Source: an uncultured Candidatus Saccharibacteria bacterium
GTDB lineage: Bacteria; Patescibacteriota; Minisyncoccia; 2-02-FULL-40-12; GWA2-44-9
NCBI GenBank assembly: GCA_964491455.1
Contig: CAZBFM010000001.1
Location: 564,903-628,902 of the forward strand
DNA length: 64,000 nucleotides
Reading direction: 5' to 3'
Made by a program: the position numbers and the translations under genes. Of this stretch, positions 28,326 through 37,492 are shown one piece after another. The first letter of the stretch is position 1. Each line of letters opens with the position of its first letter. Below the pieces are notes generated by a model. It did no database searches and was not told the DNA's origin. It saw only the letters and a list, made by a program, of their open reading frames with translations.

Positions 28326-29708
28326 ATGACCACTGTTGCGCCTGATGACATTTGGAAAACAGTGCTTGGTGAAATGGAACTCTCTCTTTCACGTGCGCAC
28401 TTCACCACGTGGTTCAAAAACACCAATGTGGTCACACGAGATCAAAATTCTGTGACCGTTAGCGTCCCGAATGGATTTGTGAAGGAATGGCTCGAGAGTA
28501 AATATAATCGTCAGATACTCACATCGATTCGAAAGCTCTCAAATGAGATCCGCGAAGTAAAGTATATCGTGGGACAACCAAAACCGGAGCCTCTCCGCCA
28601 AGATATATCGAAGATTATTAGCGAGAAGGAGTTTCAGGAGCAGGTTACCTATGATCAGAGTCAAGACGTTGATAAGGTTACTCATTTAAATAAGAAATAC
28701 TCATTTGATTCCTTTATTGTTGGTGGATCAAATGAATTCACCTTTGCATGTTCTCAAGCTGTTGCTGCAAATCCCGGGAAAAACTATAACCCGCTCTTCG
28801 TGTATGGGGGAGTTGGTCTTGGAAAGACCCACCTCATTCAATCAATTGGCAACCAAGTTCTGCAACAGTGGGGTGACAAGAAAGTCCTCTATACAACAGG
28901 CGAAAAACTCACTGCCACTATTGTTGAATCGATTAAAAATCGGACCGTGGAAGACGTGAAGACACAATACTCGAAACTCGACCTACTCATCATCGATGAT
29001 ATTCAGTATATCGCTGGCAAAGACAAGACACAGGAAATTGTATTCACGATTTTCAATGAACTTCACAATCGGAATAAGCAGGTAGTATGCACTTCTGATC
29101 GACCACCAAAAGCAATCCCAGCAATCACAGAGCGTCTCCAGTCTCGACTCGAAGGGGGGATGCTCGCGGAGATTAATATGCCAGACTACGAGACGCGATT
29201 AGCAATCTTAAAAACAAAGAGCCAAGAGAAAAATTGTCCACTGACCGACGAAGCCCTTTCGTATATTGCTACGCACATCCAAAAGAATGTACGAGAACTC
29301 GAGGGTGCTCTTAATAGAGTTATCGCCATAGCACAGATCTATAATCGAGTTCCTGACGTGAAAGAGATTAAGAACATTCTGAATGCATACCTTGCAGTGC
29401 CATATAGGAAGACGTCCCCGCAAGTAATACTCAAGACAGTCGCGGATTTCTTTACTATTCCTGTAGCAGACCTCACAAAACGTAGTCGCAAGAAAGAAGT
29501 TGTAAAGCCACGGCAAATTGCTATGTACTTACTACGAGAGGAAATAAAACTTTCATTCCCCGAAATCGGCCAGAAACTTGGCGGACGTGATCACTCAACC
29601 GTAATTCACGCGTGCGAGAAGATACGTCGAGAAGAAGGTGTTGATGAGCCACTCAAAAATGAGCTCACCATGATTCGACAGAGGATTTACGATTCGTTTG
29701 AGCACTAA
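28326..29708 (+). CDS. dnaA: chromosomal replication initiator DnaA
   Basis: AAA+ Walker A GGVGLGKTHL and the C-terminal DNA-binding domain (RQIAMYLLRE...GGRDHSTVIHA). Confidence 0.95.
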   Translation: MTTVAPDDIWKTVLGEMELSLSRAHFTTWFKNTNVVTRDQNSVTVSVPNGFVKEWLESKYNRQILTSIRKLSNEIREVKYIVGQPKPEPLRQDISKIISEKEFQEQVTYDQSQDVDKVTHLNKKYSFDSFIVGGSNEFTFACSQAVAANPGKNYNPLFVYGGVGLGKTHLIQSIGNQVLQQWGDKKVLYTTGEKLTATIVESIKNRTVEDVKTQYSKLDLLIIDDIQYIAGKDKTQEIVFTIFNELHNRNKQVVCTSDRPPKAIPAITERLQSRLEGGMLAEINMPDYETRLAILKTKSQEKNCPLTDEALSYIATHIQKNVRELEGALNRVIAIAQIYNRVPDVKEIKNILNAYLAVPYRKTSPQVILKTVADFFTIPVADLTKRSRKKEVVKPRQIAMYLLREEIKLSFPEIGQKLGGRDHSTVIHACEKIRREEGVDEPLKNELTMIRQRIYDSFEH

Positions 29709-29943
29709 TCTAATAACCTGTTGATGAATAGGTCTTATCTCTGTTGATAGAACGCCTTCAATGCTCCATGAAGAGGCGTATCCCTAAAAGAACCCACAGA
29801 TACTCCCCAGCTATCCCAAAGTTATACACACAGCGATTCCATTGATTCGTCAGAGCCTGTCAGGATTTTCTCACTACGTATCCCCATATCCACACCCTTA
29901 GTAGTATGTAGTAGTATTACATTATCTTCTTACTAATTATCCG
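29709..29943. promoter_or_regulatory. putative oriC region (dnaA-dnaN intergenic) with DnaA-box-like 9-mers and an AT-rich stretch
   Basis: TTATACACA (29822-29830) and ATATCCACA (29886-29894) each differ from TTATCCACA at one position. The AT-rich run gtagtattacattatcttcttactaattat follows. Genes to the left run on the minus strand and genes to the right on the plus strand. Confidence 0.5.
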
Positions 29944-31035
29944 ATGAAGATCACCGTACACAAAGAAAGGCTCCAGAGAGTACTTGGATTTGTCGAAAGA
30001 GTGACGTCCCGGAATGCGACGCTTCCTATTCTGAGTAATATTCTTTTGGTGACTGAAAATGGGAGATTACGTGTATCTGCCACAAACCTTGAAGTTGGTG
30101 TTAGTTCACTCATTGGTGCTAAGGTTGAACAAGAGGGGAAGATTGCGGTCCCTGCGAAGACACTATCTGATTTTATTCGGGGTGTTTCAGAGGAGAGTAT
30201 TAGTCTAGAGCTTCGTCAGCAAACACTCTTAGTTCGTGCAGGACGGTACCGAACGACCATCCTATGCTTTGATGCGTCCGAATACCCTATTATTCCTAAA
30301 ATCGATGGGGGCGACGTATTTGAGTTGCCCGTGGAGGACCTCAAACTTCTTATCGAAACCGTTTCTGATTCCATAGCTTCTACTGATTCACGACCTGAAC
30401 TCGCAGGTGCGTTTCTTCGTTTTGATACCAACGGCGTAACAATGGCTGCTACAGATATCTTCCGACTCGCTGAGCACAGTCGCCCTGGTGTGTTCACTCG
30501 TACTGCAACTGCGATCATTCCACGAGGTGCTATTCATGAGCTTGGGCGCATCCTTGGAGGTATCGAGGGTATGCTACAGATACGCCTCGCTGAAAACCAG
30601 GTGTCATTCTCACATGATGAGTTTGAGGTTATCTCAAGGCTTATTGACGGAAAGTATCCTGATTACAAAAAGATTATTCCTGAGCACTCGCTTGCAAGAG
30701 TTCTCGTTCGACGTGATGAGATTGAGAATGCAGCAAAAGTAGCGGCACTCTTTTCTTCAAGTATTTCCGATATCAAGATAGAGTGCTCCAGTGAAGAGAT
30801 TTCAATTAGTGGCAAGAATTCCAGTAAGGGCGAGGCATTCGCTGGAGTGGAATCGAATTTAAAAGGGGAGTCATTTGATGTCTCGATGAATTTTCATTAC
30901 TTCCTCGATGGATTAAAGGTTATTCCTAGTGATAAGGTAGTCATGGAGTATACAGGTAAGGGGAGTCCGTTTGTGCTTCGACCAAACGCGGATGATACAC
31001 ATATTGTGTATTTGATTATGCCCTTAAGGAATTAG
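29944..31035 (+). CDS. dnaN: DNA polymerase III beta sliding clamp
   Basis: 363 aa with the typical N-terminus MKITVHKERL...LPILSNILL. Confidence 0.9.
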   Translation: MKITVHKERLQRVLGFVERVTSRNATLPILSNILLVTENGRLRVSATNLEVGVSSLIGAKVEQEGKIAVPAKTLSDFIRGVSEESISLELRQQTLLVRAGRYRTTILCFDASEYPIIPKIDGGDVFELPVEDLKLLIETVSDSIASTDSRPELAGAFLRFDTNGVTMAATDIFRLAEHSRPGVFTRTATAIIPRGAIHELGRILGGIEGMLQIRLAENQVSFSHDEFEVISRLIDGKYPDYKKIIPEHSLARVLVRRDEIENAAKVAALFSSSISDIKIECSSEEISISGKNSSKGEAFAGVESNLKGESFDVSMNFHYFLDGLKVIPSDKVVMEYTGKGSPFVLRPNADDTHIVYLIMPLRN

Positions 31036-31044
31036 TCTCCATGT

Positions 31045-31326
31045 ATGTTTAAATCGATTAAGGGTTCACTTACTCGAAAGGAAGAAGATTTACAAAGTCA
31101 GAGTAGCGTAGCCGTGTTGGTTCGACAGGCGGTATATAGCTACCTCAGAGATAATTACCCTGAAATCCTTGTAACAGTTGGCGTTCGGTATCAACCAGAG
31201 GAGAGGTTGCTAACGATATCTACGCCATCAAAGACACTCGCGGGTGAGCTTACTATGAATGCAGGCGAGATTCGAGCGTATTTGACTGCTCACAATATAC
31301 GCGTAGATCGAATTATTACGCGTTGA
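31045..31326 (+). CDS. small protein downstream of dnaN (DUF721/DciA-like?)
   Basis: 93 aa. Placement right after dnaN is typical for DUF721-type proteins, but sequence evidence is weak. Confidence 0.35.
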   Translation: MFKSIKGSLTRKEEDLQSQSSVAVLVRQAVYSYLRDNYPEILVTVGVRYQPEERLLTISTPSKTLAGELTMNAGEIRAYLTAHNIRVDRIITR

Positions 31327-31328
31327 GT

Positions 31329-33458
31329 TTACAGACCTGATCTGTGCTGCACCGCCCATTCCCAGTTCTGAAACTGAGGGTCGCTTTCTGGCGTTTCGGG
31401 AGTGAGTCCTTGTGGATTGTCTTTTGAAACTAAAAATAGGATCGAATGATCTGAGGGTACTCCGTTCAATACAGGATGAGAGGCGATAATAGGGTCTGGG
31501 ATGATAAAAGATTCAGAAGGGGTACCAGAGAGCGCTTTGGACATAAAAGCGTTCCACAGAGGTCCTGCGGCGCTTATACCAGCACCCGCAGCTGTCATCG
31601 ACTGATTGCGATTGTTACCAACCCAGACACCAACTGCTAATGTGGGAGAATATCCAACAACCCATGCGTCACGATTCTCTTGGGTTGTACCTGATTTTGC
31701 CGCGACGTCGCGTCCAGAAATAAATAAAGCATTTGCATTTCCAAACGCTGCGGCTCGCGCCGGGTTATCACTGAGAACATCATTCATGAGGCGAGCCGTT
31801 TGTGCATCAAGAACTCGCTCGGGTTTTATTTGGCGTTCTTCTAAGATGGAGCCGTTGTTAAGTTCAATTTTCTGAATAAAACCCCAAGGAACGCGAACTC
31901 CATCGTTGGCAAAGACTCCATATGCAGATACTAAATCTACAGGACGAACTTCTGCGCCTCCTAGTACAAGCGATAATCCAAAACGTGAACGGTCGGTGAG
32001 TGTTGTGATACCCATACGAGTAGCGAGATCGATAACCGTATCAATGCCAGCAAGATAGAGCGTCTTTACTGATGTTGTATTGAGCGATCTCGCAAGCGAT
32101 TGGCGCATTGATACTGGTCCAGAATAGGAGCCAGAGTAATTCTTTGGATGATAACAGGCTTGGCCAGTTGGATCTTTTGTTTGCGAGGCATCGGGTGAAC
32201 AGAGGGGATTAAATTCTGTTTTTACATCCCACAGGATAGTACTGTCGGGGTATCCCTTCTGAAACGCAGCTGCGTAAGCGAATGGCTTAAATGCAGAACC
32301 GGGCTGACGTTGTGCGAGGGCAACATTGAAGTTTCCTTCATTTGCTACATCGAAGTAGTTCGCAGAACCAACAAGAGCTCGAACTTCGCCAGTTTTTGGA
32401 TCGATAGCTACAAGTGAGGCGTTGTTGGCTTTGTATTTCTCAGCATTAATCTTTGCGTACTTTGCTACGAGCTCTTCTGCGCTCTTTTGCATCTCGGCAT
32501 CGAGTGTGGTGATTATCTTGAATCCACCACTTGATACAATGTCCTTTCCATATTTTTGCGTAACATAATCGCGCGCCATGATCACAAAGTGTGGGGCAGC
32601 GAGACCGCTGGATTTTGCTTGAAACACGAGCTGCTCCTTTACGGCATTCTGATACACATCTTCAGTGATGAATCCTAATTGACGCATGCGACTAAGAACA
32701 TAATCCTTGCGGCCAAGAAGTTCATCGACATGAGAGCCGTAGGGGGATAAATACGAAGGTCGTTGCACGAGTGATGCCAGGAGAGCGCTTTGCGCTACTG
32801 AAAGATCTGATGCTGGAACCTTAAAGTATGTTTGGCTGGCAGATTCTATGCCATACGCATTGTCGCCGTAGGGAACTTGATTGAGGTACATCTCAAAGAT
32901 CTTGTCTTTTGTGTAGCGTTGCTCCACCTCGATAGCGAGGATCAATTCCTGAACTTTGCGGGTAAGATTCTTTTCACGACCAACGAGCGCATTGCCAACA
33001 AGTTGCTGGGTTAAGGTTGAACCGCCACCGGAACCAAAACCTTGTGAGATGTTCTGAAGAAGGGAACGAGCAAATCCACGAACATCGAATCCATGATGTG
33101 AATAGAATCGACTATCCTCAACGGCAAGTGTTGCATTCTTAATATTGATACTAATATGGTCAAAATCAACGACTGTGCGACGTTCTTCATCGTAGATGTC
33201 GTAGAGCACCGTAGTACCTGTTCTGTCGTAGATTTTTGTTGATTCTTTAATTTGACGTGAAACAATAGATTCAGGATCGGGAACTTTACTCTTCGCGTAG
33301 AGCACAAATAATGAAACACCAATAACACCGAGCGTGATAATCCACGCAGTGAGTGTGGCGATACTTGTAACCCACGATTTCCATGATGGAGCGCTACGGC
33401 GAATCGACCGTAGTAAGGAGGAAACCTTAAACTTCTTGGAGTAGGATGTGGTCTTCAT
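31329..33458 (-). CDS. class A penicillin-binding protein (glycosyltransferase GT51 + transpeptidase)
   Basis: GT51 motifs EDSRFYSHHGFD and GGSTLTQQL, plus transpeptidase SGSAFKPF (SxxK) and KSGTT (KTG). Confidence 0.9.
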   Translation of the reverse strand: MKTTSYSKKFKVSSLLRSIRRSAPSWKSWVTSIATLTAWIITLGVIGVSLFVLYAKSKVPDPESIVSRQIKESTKIYDRTGTTVLYDIYDEERRTVVDFDHISINIKNATLAVEDSRFYSHHGFDVRGFARSLLQNISQGFGSGGGSTLTQQLVGNALVGREKNLTRKVQELILAIEVEQRYTKDKIFEMYLNQVPYGDNAYGIESASQTYFKVPASDLSVAQSALLASLVQRPSYLSPYGSHVDELLGRKDYVLSRMRQLGFITEDVYQNAVKEQLVFQAKSSGLAAPHFVIMARDYVTQKYGKDIVSSGGFKIITTLDAEMQKSAEELVAKYAKINAEKYKANNASLVAIDPKTGEVRALVGSANYFDVANEGNFNVALAQRQPGSAFKPFAYAAAFQKGYPDSTILWDVKTEFNPLCSPDASQTKDPTGQACYHPKNYSGSYSGPVSMRQSLARSLNTTSVKTLYLAGIDTVIDLATRMGITTLTDRSRFGLSLVLGGAEVRPVDLVSAYGVFANDGVRVPWGFIQKIELNNGSILEERQIKPERVLDAQTARLMNDVLSDNPARAAAFGNANALFISGRDVAAKSGTTQENRDAWVVGYSPTLAVGVWVGNNRNQSMTAAGAGISAAGPLWNAFMSKALSGTPSESFIIPDPIIASHPVLNGVPSDHSILFLVSKDNPQGLTPETPESDPQFQNWEWAVQHRSGL

Positions 33459-33487
33459 CGGTGTAAATATACCACAAAAATTGAGTA

Positions 33488-33516
33488 TTTACAATGATTT
33501 CATGAATCTGTACAAT
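33488..33516 (+). promoter_or_regulatory. promoter TTTACA-17 nt-TACAAT ending ~7 nt before the tyrS ATG (leaderless transcript likely)
   Basis: -35 at 33488-33493 and -10 at 33511-33516. No SD precedes the ATG at 33523. Confidence 0.45.
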
Positions 33517-33522
33517 ACATCT

Positions 33523-34665
33523 ATGAACCACCACGAACGAATGAGTGCGGCCGAACAACTCCTACGACGGCGCCTGGAAAACGTGTATCCAAATCGTGAT
33601 GCATTTATTTCGCGAATTGCATCCGAAGAGAAGCTCACCTTTTATCTCGGTATTGATCCAACAGGTTCAGAGCTTCATCTTGGGCATACTATTCCGTTGC
33701 TCGTACTTCGTGATCTTGCAAAACTCGGCCACGAAATCATCTTACTTATTGGAGACTTTACGGCGCGCATTGGTGACCCTACAGGAAAGAGCTCTGCTCG
33801 GGTAGCGCTCAGTACTGAAGAGGTGGAAGCTAATATGAACTCGTACGTCCAGCAAGTAGAAAAGATTCTTGAACCTGGAACGTTCCGGGTTGTCTATAAT
33901 AGTGAATGGTTAAGTCGCTTGACAATGAGCGAGGTTATTCGTCTTACAAGTCATGTGACTGTTCAGCAAATGATTCAGCGAGATATGTTTCAAGAGCGAC
34001 TCACAGCTGAAAAGCCTATTTATCTGAATGAATTCCTATACCCACTCTTGCAGGGGTATGATTCCGTCGCTCTTCAGACTGACGGAGAAGTTGGAGGTAA
34101 CGATCAAACCTTTAACATGCTCATGGGGCGGGAGCTTGAACGAGCAATTCTAGGAAAAGAAAAACTGGTACTCGCTACACGACTCCTTGTGAATAGTGCT
34201 TCGGGAAAGAAGATGAGTAAAACGGAAGGATCTATTATTTCTGTGAATGATTCCGCTCAAGAAATTCGACGTAAAGTACTTTCGTTTGACGACAACATGA
34301 TTCGTGAATTATTCCTATTATGTACCGACATTTCGGAGGGAGAAATTTCCAACTGGCAGCGCGAAGGGGAGGCACCAGTACAACCTCGAGAGGCGAAAGA
34401 AGCGCTTGCAGCTGCTCTTATACGAACATATCAAGGGGAGGGTGCTGTGGGTGAGGCGGCGGCTCCGATTCCTACTGAGGCGGCGGATACACTGGTGCAA
34501 TTCTTAAAAGAAAATGGCATCTCCAATTCTTCAACAACGGCAAAGGCATTGATTGATCAGGGTGCGGTAATGGTAAATGGGGTCGTTGAGAAAGGGTGGA
34601 ATGTTGAGATTAAAAGCGGGGATGAAATTCACGTCGGAAAAGGAAAACGATTTCATGTGAAGTAA
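33523..34665 (+). CDS. tyrS: tyrosyl-tRNA synthetase
   Basis: HIGH-type motif HLGH, KMSKT, and a C-terminal S4-like domain. The start is uncertain: alternatives are ATG 33502 or GTG 33448. Confidence 0.85.
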   Translation: MNHHERMSAAEQLLRRRLENVYPNRDAFISRIASEEKLTFYLGIDPTGSELHLGHTIPLLVLRDLAKLGHEIILLIGDFTARIGDPTGKSSARVALSTEEVEANMNSYVQQVEKILEPGTFRVVYNSEWLSRLTMSEVIRLTSHVTVQQMIQRDMFQERLTAEKPIYLNEFLYPLLQGYDSVALQTDGEVGGNDQTFNMLMGRELERAILGKEKLVLATRLLVNSASGKKMSKTEGSIISVNDSAQEIRRKVLSFDDNMIRELFLLCTDISEGEISNWQREGEAPVQPREAKEALAAALIRTYQGEGAVGEAAAPIPTEAADTLVQFLKENGISNSSTTAKALIDQGAVMVNGVVEKGWNVEIKSGDEIHVGKGKRFHVK

Positions 34666-34666
34666 T

Positions 34667-34695
34667 AAAAACCCCGGTACATGACCGGGGTTTTT
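34667..34695. terminator. bidirectional intrinsic terminator
   Basis: AAAAACCCCGGT-acatg-ACCGGGGTTTTT. Confidence 0.75.
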
Positions 34696-34701
34696 ATTAT
34701 G

Positions 34702-34869
34702 CTAGGCTGCGACCTCTTCGTCGTCCTCATCATCTTCGTCCTCGTCCTTTTCGTCCTCATCATCTTCGTCCTCGTCTTCGTCTTCCTCATCTTTGTCGAT
34801 ATCATCAAATTCTTCCTCCTCTTCAACAACTGGTTCGTCTTGAGCGAACAATATCGTTTCTTCGTCCAT
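34702..34869 (-). CDS. possible small, extremely acidic protein (55 aa; about 45 of 55 residues Asp/Glu)
   Basis: Hand translation: MDEETILFAQDEPVVEEEEEFDDIDKDEEDEDEDEDDEDEKDEDEDDEDDEEVAA. The DNA is an internally repeated GAGGACGAAGATGATGAGGACGA unit. It could be non-coding. Confidence 0.3.
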   Translation of the reverse strand: MDEETILFAQDEPVVEEEEEFDDIDKDEEDEDEDEDDEDEKDEDEDDEDDEEVAA

Positions 34870-34972
34870 AGCAATAACTCTTCAGAGATAGCGTGACGCA
34901 CACGAGGAGCGGTACGCGCATCTTTGATGAATCTTGATTATGGCATGTATTGTATCTTCACACATGACGATG

Positions 34973-35446
34973 TCAATATGTTTTTGCAGTTGCACAGCAG
35001 AGCGCAAGCGCGAGACCATCTGCTGCGTCATCGGGGGATACCTTGACCTTAATTCGAAGGAGCATTTGAATCATGTCTTGCATTTGCCGTTTCGTTGCTT
35101 TTCCGTGCCCGCACACGGTGAGCTTTACCTGTTGGGGTGTGAATTCTAATACAGGAATTCCCATTTGTTTTAGTACTAACATGATGACACCACGCATCTC
35201 AGATACAGACATAACCGTCCGCTGGTTGTTCATAAAGAATAATCGCTCAACACCAGCGCTGTCTGGTTTGTATTCTTCAATAAGCGCTCGAAGGTTTGCC
35301 GCTGTTGCAGCTTTATCTTCAGAGGCTTGCACACCCGGGTTTTCAATGATGCCCCAGGCGAGTGACTGAAATGAGCCCCGATGTTCTTCGATGATCCCAT
35401 ACCCAATACGCGTAGTGCCTGGATCGATGCCAAGGTAGCGCGTCAT
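34973..35446 (-). CDS. ruvC: Holliday junction resolvase RuvC
   Basis: N-terminus YLGIDPGTTRIGYGI and the catalytic acidic residues. Confidence 0.9.
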   Translation of the reverse strand: MTRYLGIDPGTTRIGYGIIEEHRGSFQSLAWGIIENPGVQASEDKAATAANLRALIEEYKPDSAGVERLFFMNNQRTVMSVSEMRGVIMLVLKQMGIPVLEFTPQQVKLTVCGHGKATKRQMQDMIQMLLRIKVKVSPDDAADGLALALCCATAKTY

Positions 35447-36147
35447 GAAAGGTCGGCATTGGTTACTACGGATTGCACGTCGTCGTGATCATCGATTGCT
35501 TCGAGGAATGCAAGAACCTTTTCTTTTGTAGTTGAGTCTTCAAGCGTAATCCAAGTTGTGGGGGAGAGTTCTATTTCAGATTCCATAACTATTGATCCAA
35601 GCGATGCCTTTACTGCTTCAAAATTCTCGGGCGTTGTCGTCACGAGAACCTCATCCTGCTCAACTGATACATCGTCTGCTCCTGCATCGATGGCAGATAA
35701 TTGCATAGCCTCATTCGTTGTTGCGGGAAGGTGAATGTATCCTGCTTTATGAAACATCCACATTACCGCCCCCTGGCCAGCCATATGAGCGCCGAATGTG
35801 CCCGCTAGCTTCTTGAGGTCATTGATGGTGCGATTGCTGTTGTTGGTGATTGCAGATACGATGAATGCGGTATTTGCGGGGCCAATGAATTCAATTTGTA
35901 TTTCATATAACGCCTCGGCGTCTTTATCGGTGACTCTTCGAATGGCACGTTGAATGTTCTCGTTGGGCATATTAACCGCACGAGCGCGTTCAATCTCTCC
36001 CTTGAGACGGAGGTTCGTTGAGGGGTCGGGATTGGCTCGAGCGGCAATGGAGATTGCCTGCGCTAGCTTGCCGAAAATCTTGCCTTTCTTTGAATCGGCA
36101 ATCGCTTTCTTGTGCTTAATTTGTGACCACTTTGAATGACCGGACAT
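35443..36147 (-). CDS. yebC: YebC/PmpR family DNA-binding transcriptional regulator
   Basis: N-terminus MSGHSKWSQIKHKKAIADSKKGKIF. Confidence 0.9.
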   Translation of the reverse strand: MSGHSKWSQIKHKKAIADSKKGKIFGKLAQAISIAARANPDPSTNLRLKGEIERARAVNMPNENIQRAIRRVTDKDAEALYEIQIEFIGPANTAFIVSAITNNSNRTINDLKKLAGTFGAHMAGQGAVMWMFHKAGYIHLPATTNEAMQLSAIDAGADDVSVEQDEVLVTTTPENFEAVKASLGSIVMESEIELSPTTWITLEDSTTKEKVLAFLEAIDDHDDVQSVVTNADLS

Positions 36148-36174
36148 AGCGAACCAAGAATACCCGAGGTTGCG

Positions 36175-37197
36175 TTAGAAATCCAGGTCGAGTGTGTCGG
36201 GGCTTGGAACGCCAATATGATCACGCCCAGCTTGTGTGATAACCCTGCCCTTCGTGGTACGAGCGATAAATCCTAAGCGCATAAGGTAGGGTTCATAAAC
36301 GTCTTCAATAGTTGTCTCTTCTTCTGATACCGTTGCCGCGATCGATTTAAGACCCACAGGGCCACCCGCAAACGTCACTGCGATAGTGCGTAGAATTTTG
36401 CGGTCCGTTTCCTCAAGTCCTTGTGGATCAACTTCGAGCATCGCCAACGCCGTTGTCGCGGTTGCCTCATCTACGGTGGTAATATTGTGTACTTGAGCAT
36501 AATCGCGAACGCGCTTGAGGAGGCGATTGGCGACACGTGGAGTGGCTCGAGCGGAGCGGGCGATAAGACTGAGTGCTGGTTGTGTGATTACTAGCCCGAG
36601 TAAGGATGCTGAACGCGTGATGATGCGCTCGATTTCTAGTGGCTCGTAGTATTCGAGTCTAAAATTTGAACCGAACCGCGAACGAAACGGAGCAGAAAGC
36701 ATGGAGATCTTTGTTGTTGCCGCTACGAGTGTGAAGTGGGGCAGATCAATCTGCAGGGTCTTTGCGGCGTTACCCTTTCCAATGACGATATCGAGCTTAA
36801 AATTCTCCATAGCTGGATAGATAACCTCTTCAACCATCTTATTGAGACGATGCACCTCATCGATGAAGAGGACGTCACCATCCGATAGTCCGGTGAGGAT
36901 AGAGCCGACATCACCAGCCTTTTCAAGGGCCGTCCCGGACGTCATACGGAGGTTGCTATTGAGCTCTTTAGCAACGAGGTATGCGAGGGTGGTCTTTCCA
37001 AGACCCGATGGACCATGAAAGAGGATGTGCTCAGGAGTTTCGTTGCGCTTTCTGGCCGCTCCTAGCACAATACGTAGGTTTTCCTTTGTTTTTTCTTGTC
37101 CGATGTATTCACTGAAATCTCTTGGTCGCAGGGTAAGATCAAGAACTTGGTCGTCTTGACCAACGAAGGGCTCGGTTTGAGGGGTCTTGACATTCAT
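36175..37197 (-). CDS. ruvB: Holliday junction branch migration helicase RuvB
   Basis: Walker A GPSGLGKTTLA and Walker B LFIDEVHRL. Confidence 0.95.
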   Translation of the reverse strand: MNVKTPQTEPFVGQDDQVLDLTLRPRDFSEYIGQEKTKENLRIVLGAARKRNETPEHILFHGPSGLGKTTLAYLVAKELNSNLRMTSGTALEKAGDVGSILTGLSDGDVLFIDEVHRLNKMVEEVIYPAMENFKLDIVIGKGNAAKTLQIDLPHFTLVAATTKISMLSAPFRSRFGSNFRLEYYEPLEIERIITRSASLLGLVITQPALSLIARSARATPRVANRLLKRVRDYAQVHNITTVDEATATTALAMLEVDPQGLEETDRKILRTIAVTFAGGPVGLKSIAATVSEEETTIEDVYEPYLMRLGFIARTTKGRVITQAGRDHIGVPSPDTLDLDF

Positions 37198-37292
37198 ATA
37201 AAAATAGAATAGAATAGTAGTAGCAGCCCAGGTAAAGGGTCAGTGCTTTTTTCTTTGTTTGGTAACCCTCGCCAGGGTTTCGTAGTCTCAAA

Positions 37293-37458
37293 GGACCTCT
37301 ATAATCTGTAGGCAACTGAGTCCAATGCTCCACGCACGACGACTCAGTCGGGATACTCTCTTAGCTCGGAAGATTTGGTTTCGACTGGATCTCTCCTCGG
37401 AATTATCCTGTCCCGCGGCCCTATGGTTGCGGATCTTGCCTACAGGTTATAAAGGTCC
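37293..37458. ncRNA. candidate structured RNA, or a MITE-like element, closed by a 21-nt long-range inverted repeat
   Basis: GGACCTCTATAATCTGTAGGC (37293-37313) pairs with GCCTACAGGTTATAAAGGTCC (37438-37458), 20 of 21 positions including one G-U pair. An internal 8-bp hairpin ACTGAGTC...GACTCAGT is also present. Confidence 0.3.
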
Positions 37459-37492
37459 TTTTCGCTGCTCCAGCGCCCTGCAGAGGGCTGCC

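Noticed and set aside
33448-33522. GTG start at 33448 for tyrS with a GGAG 7 nt upstream
   Set aside because: That start would overlap the divergently transcribed PBP1A start codon, leaving no intergenic promoter space. A TTTACA-17-TACAAT promoter sits just before the ATG at 33523.
34653-34901. Lys/Arg/Thr-rich 82-aa minus ORF and the Phe/Val/Leu-rich 71-aa plus ORF
   Set aside because: Both are frame artefacts of the GA-rich repeat. Only the acidic frame has a plausible ATG and stop placement, and even that is uncertain.
37198-37492. Assignment of the ruvB-upstream structured element to RNase P RNA, SRP RNA or tmRNA
   Set aside because: Weak resemblances were seen (CCATAGGG, AGCAGCC, GGTTTCGAC). 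The conserved cores are missing (GGAAAGUCCGGGC and ACAGAANCCGGCUUA for RNase P, the GGAA tetraloop domain IV for SRP, a T-arm and CCA for tmRNA), and the size does not fit.
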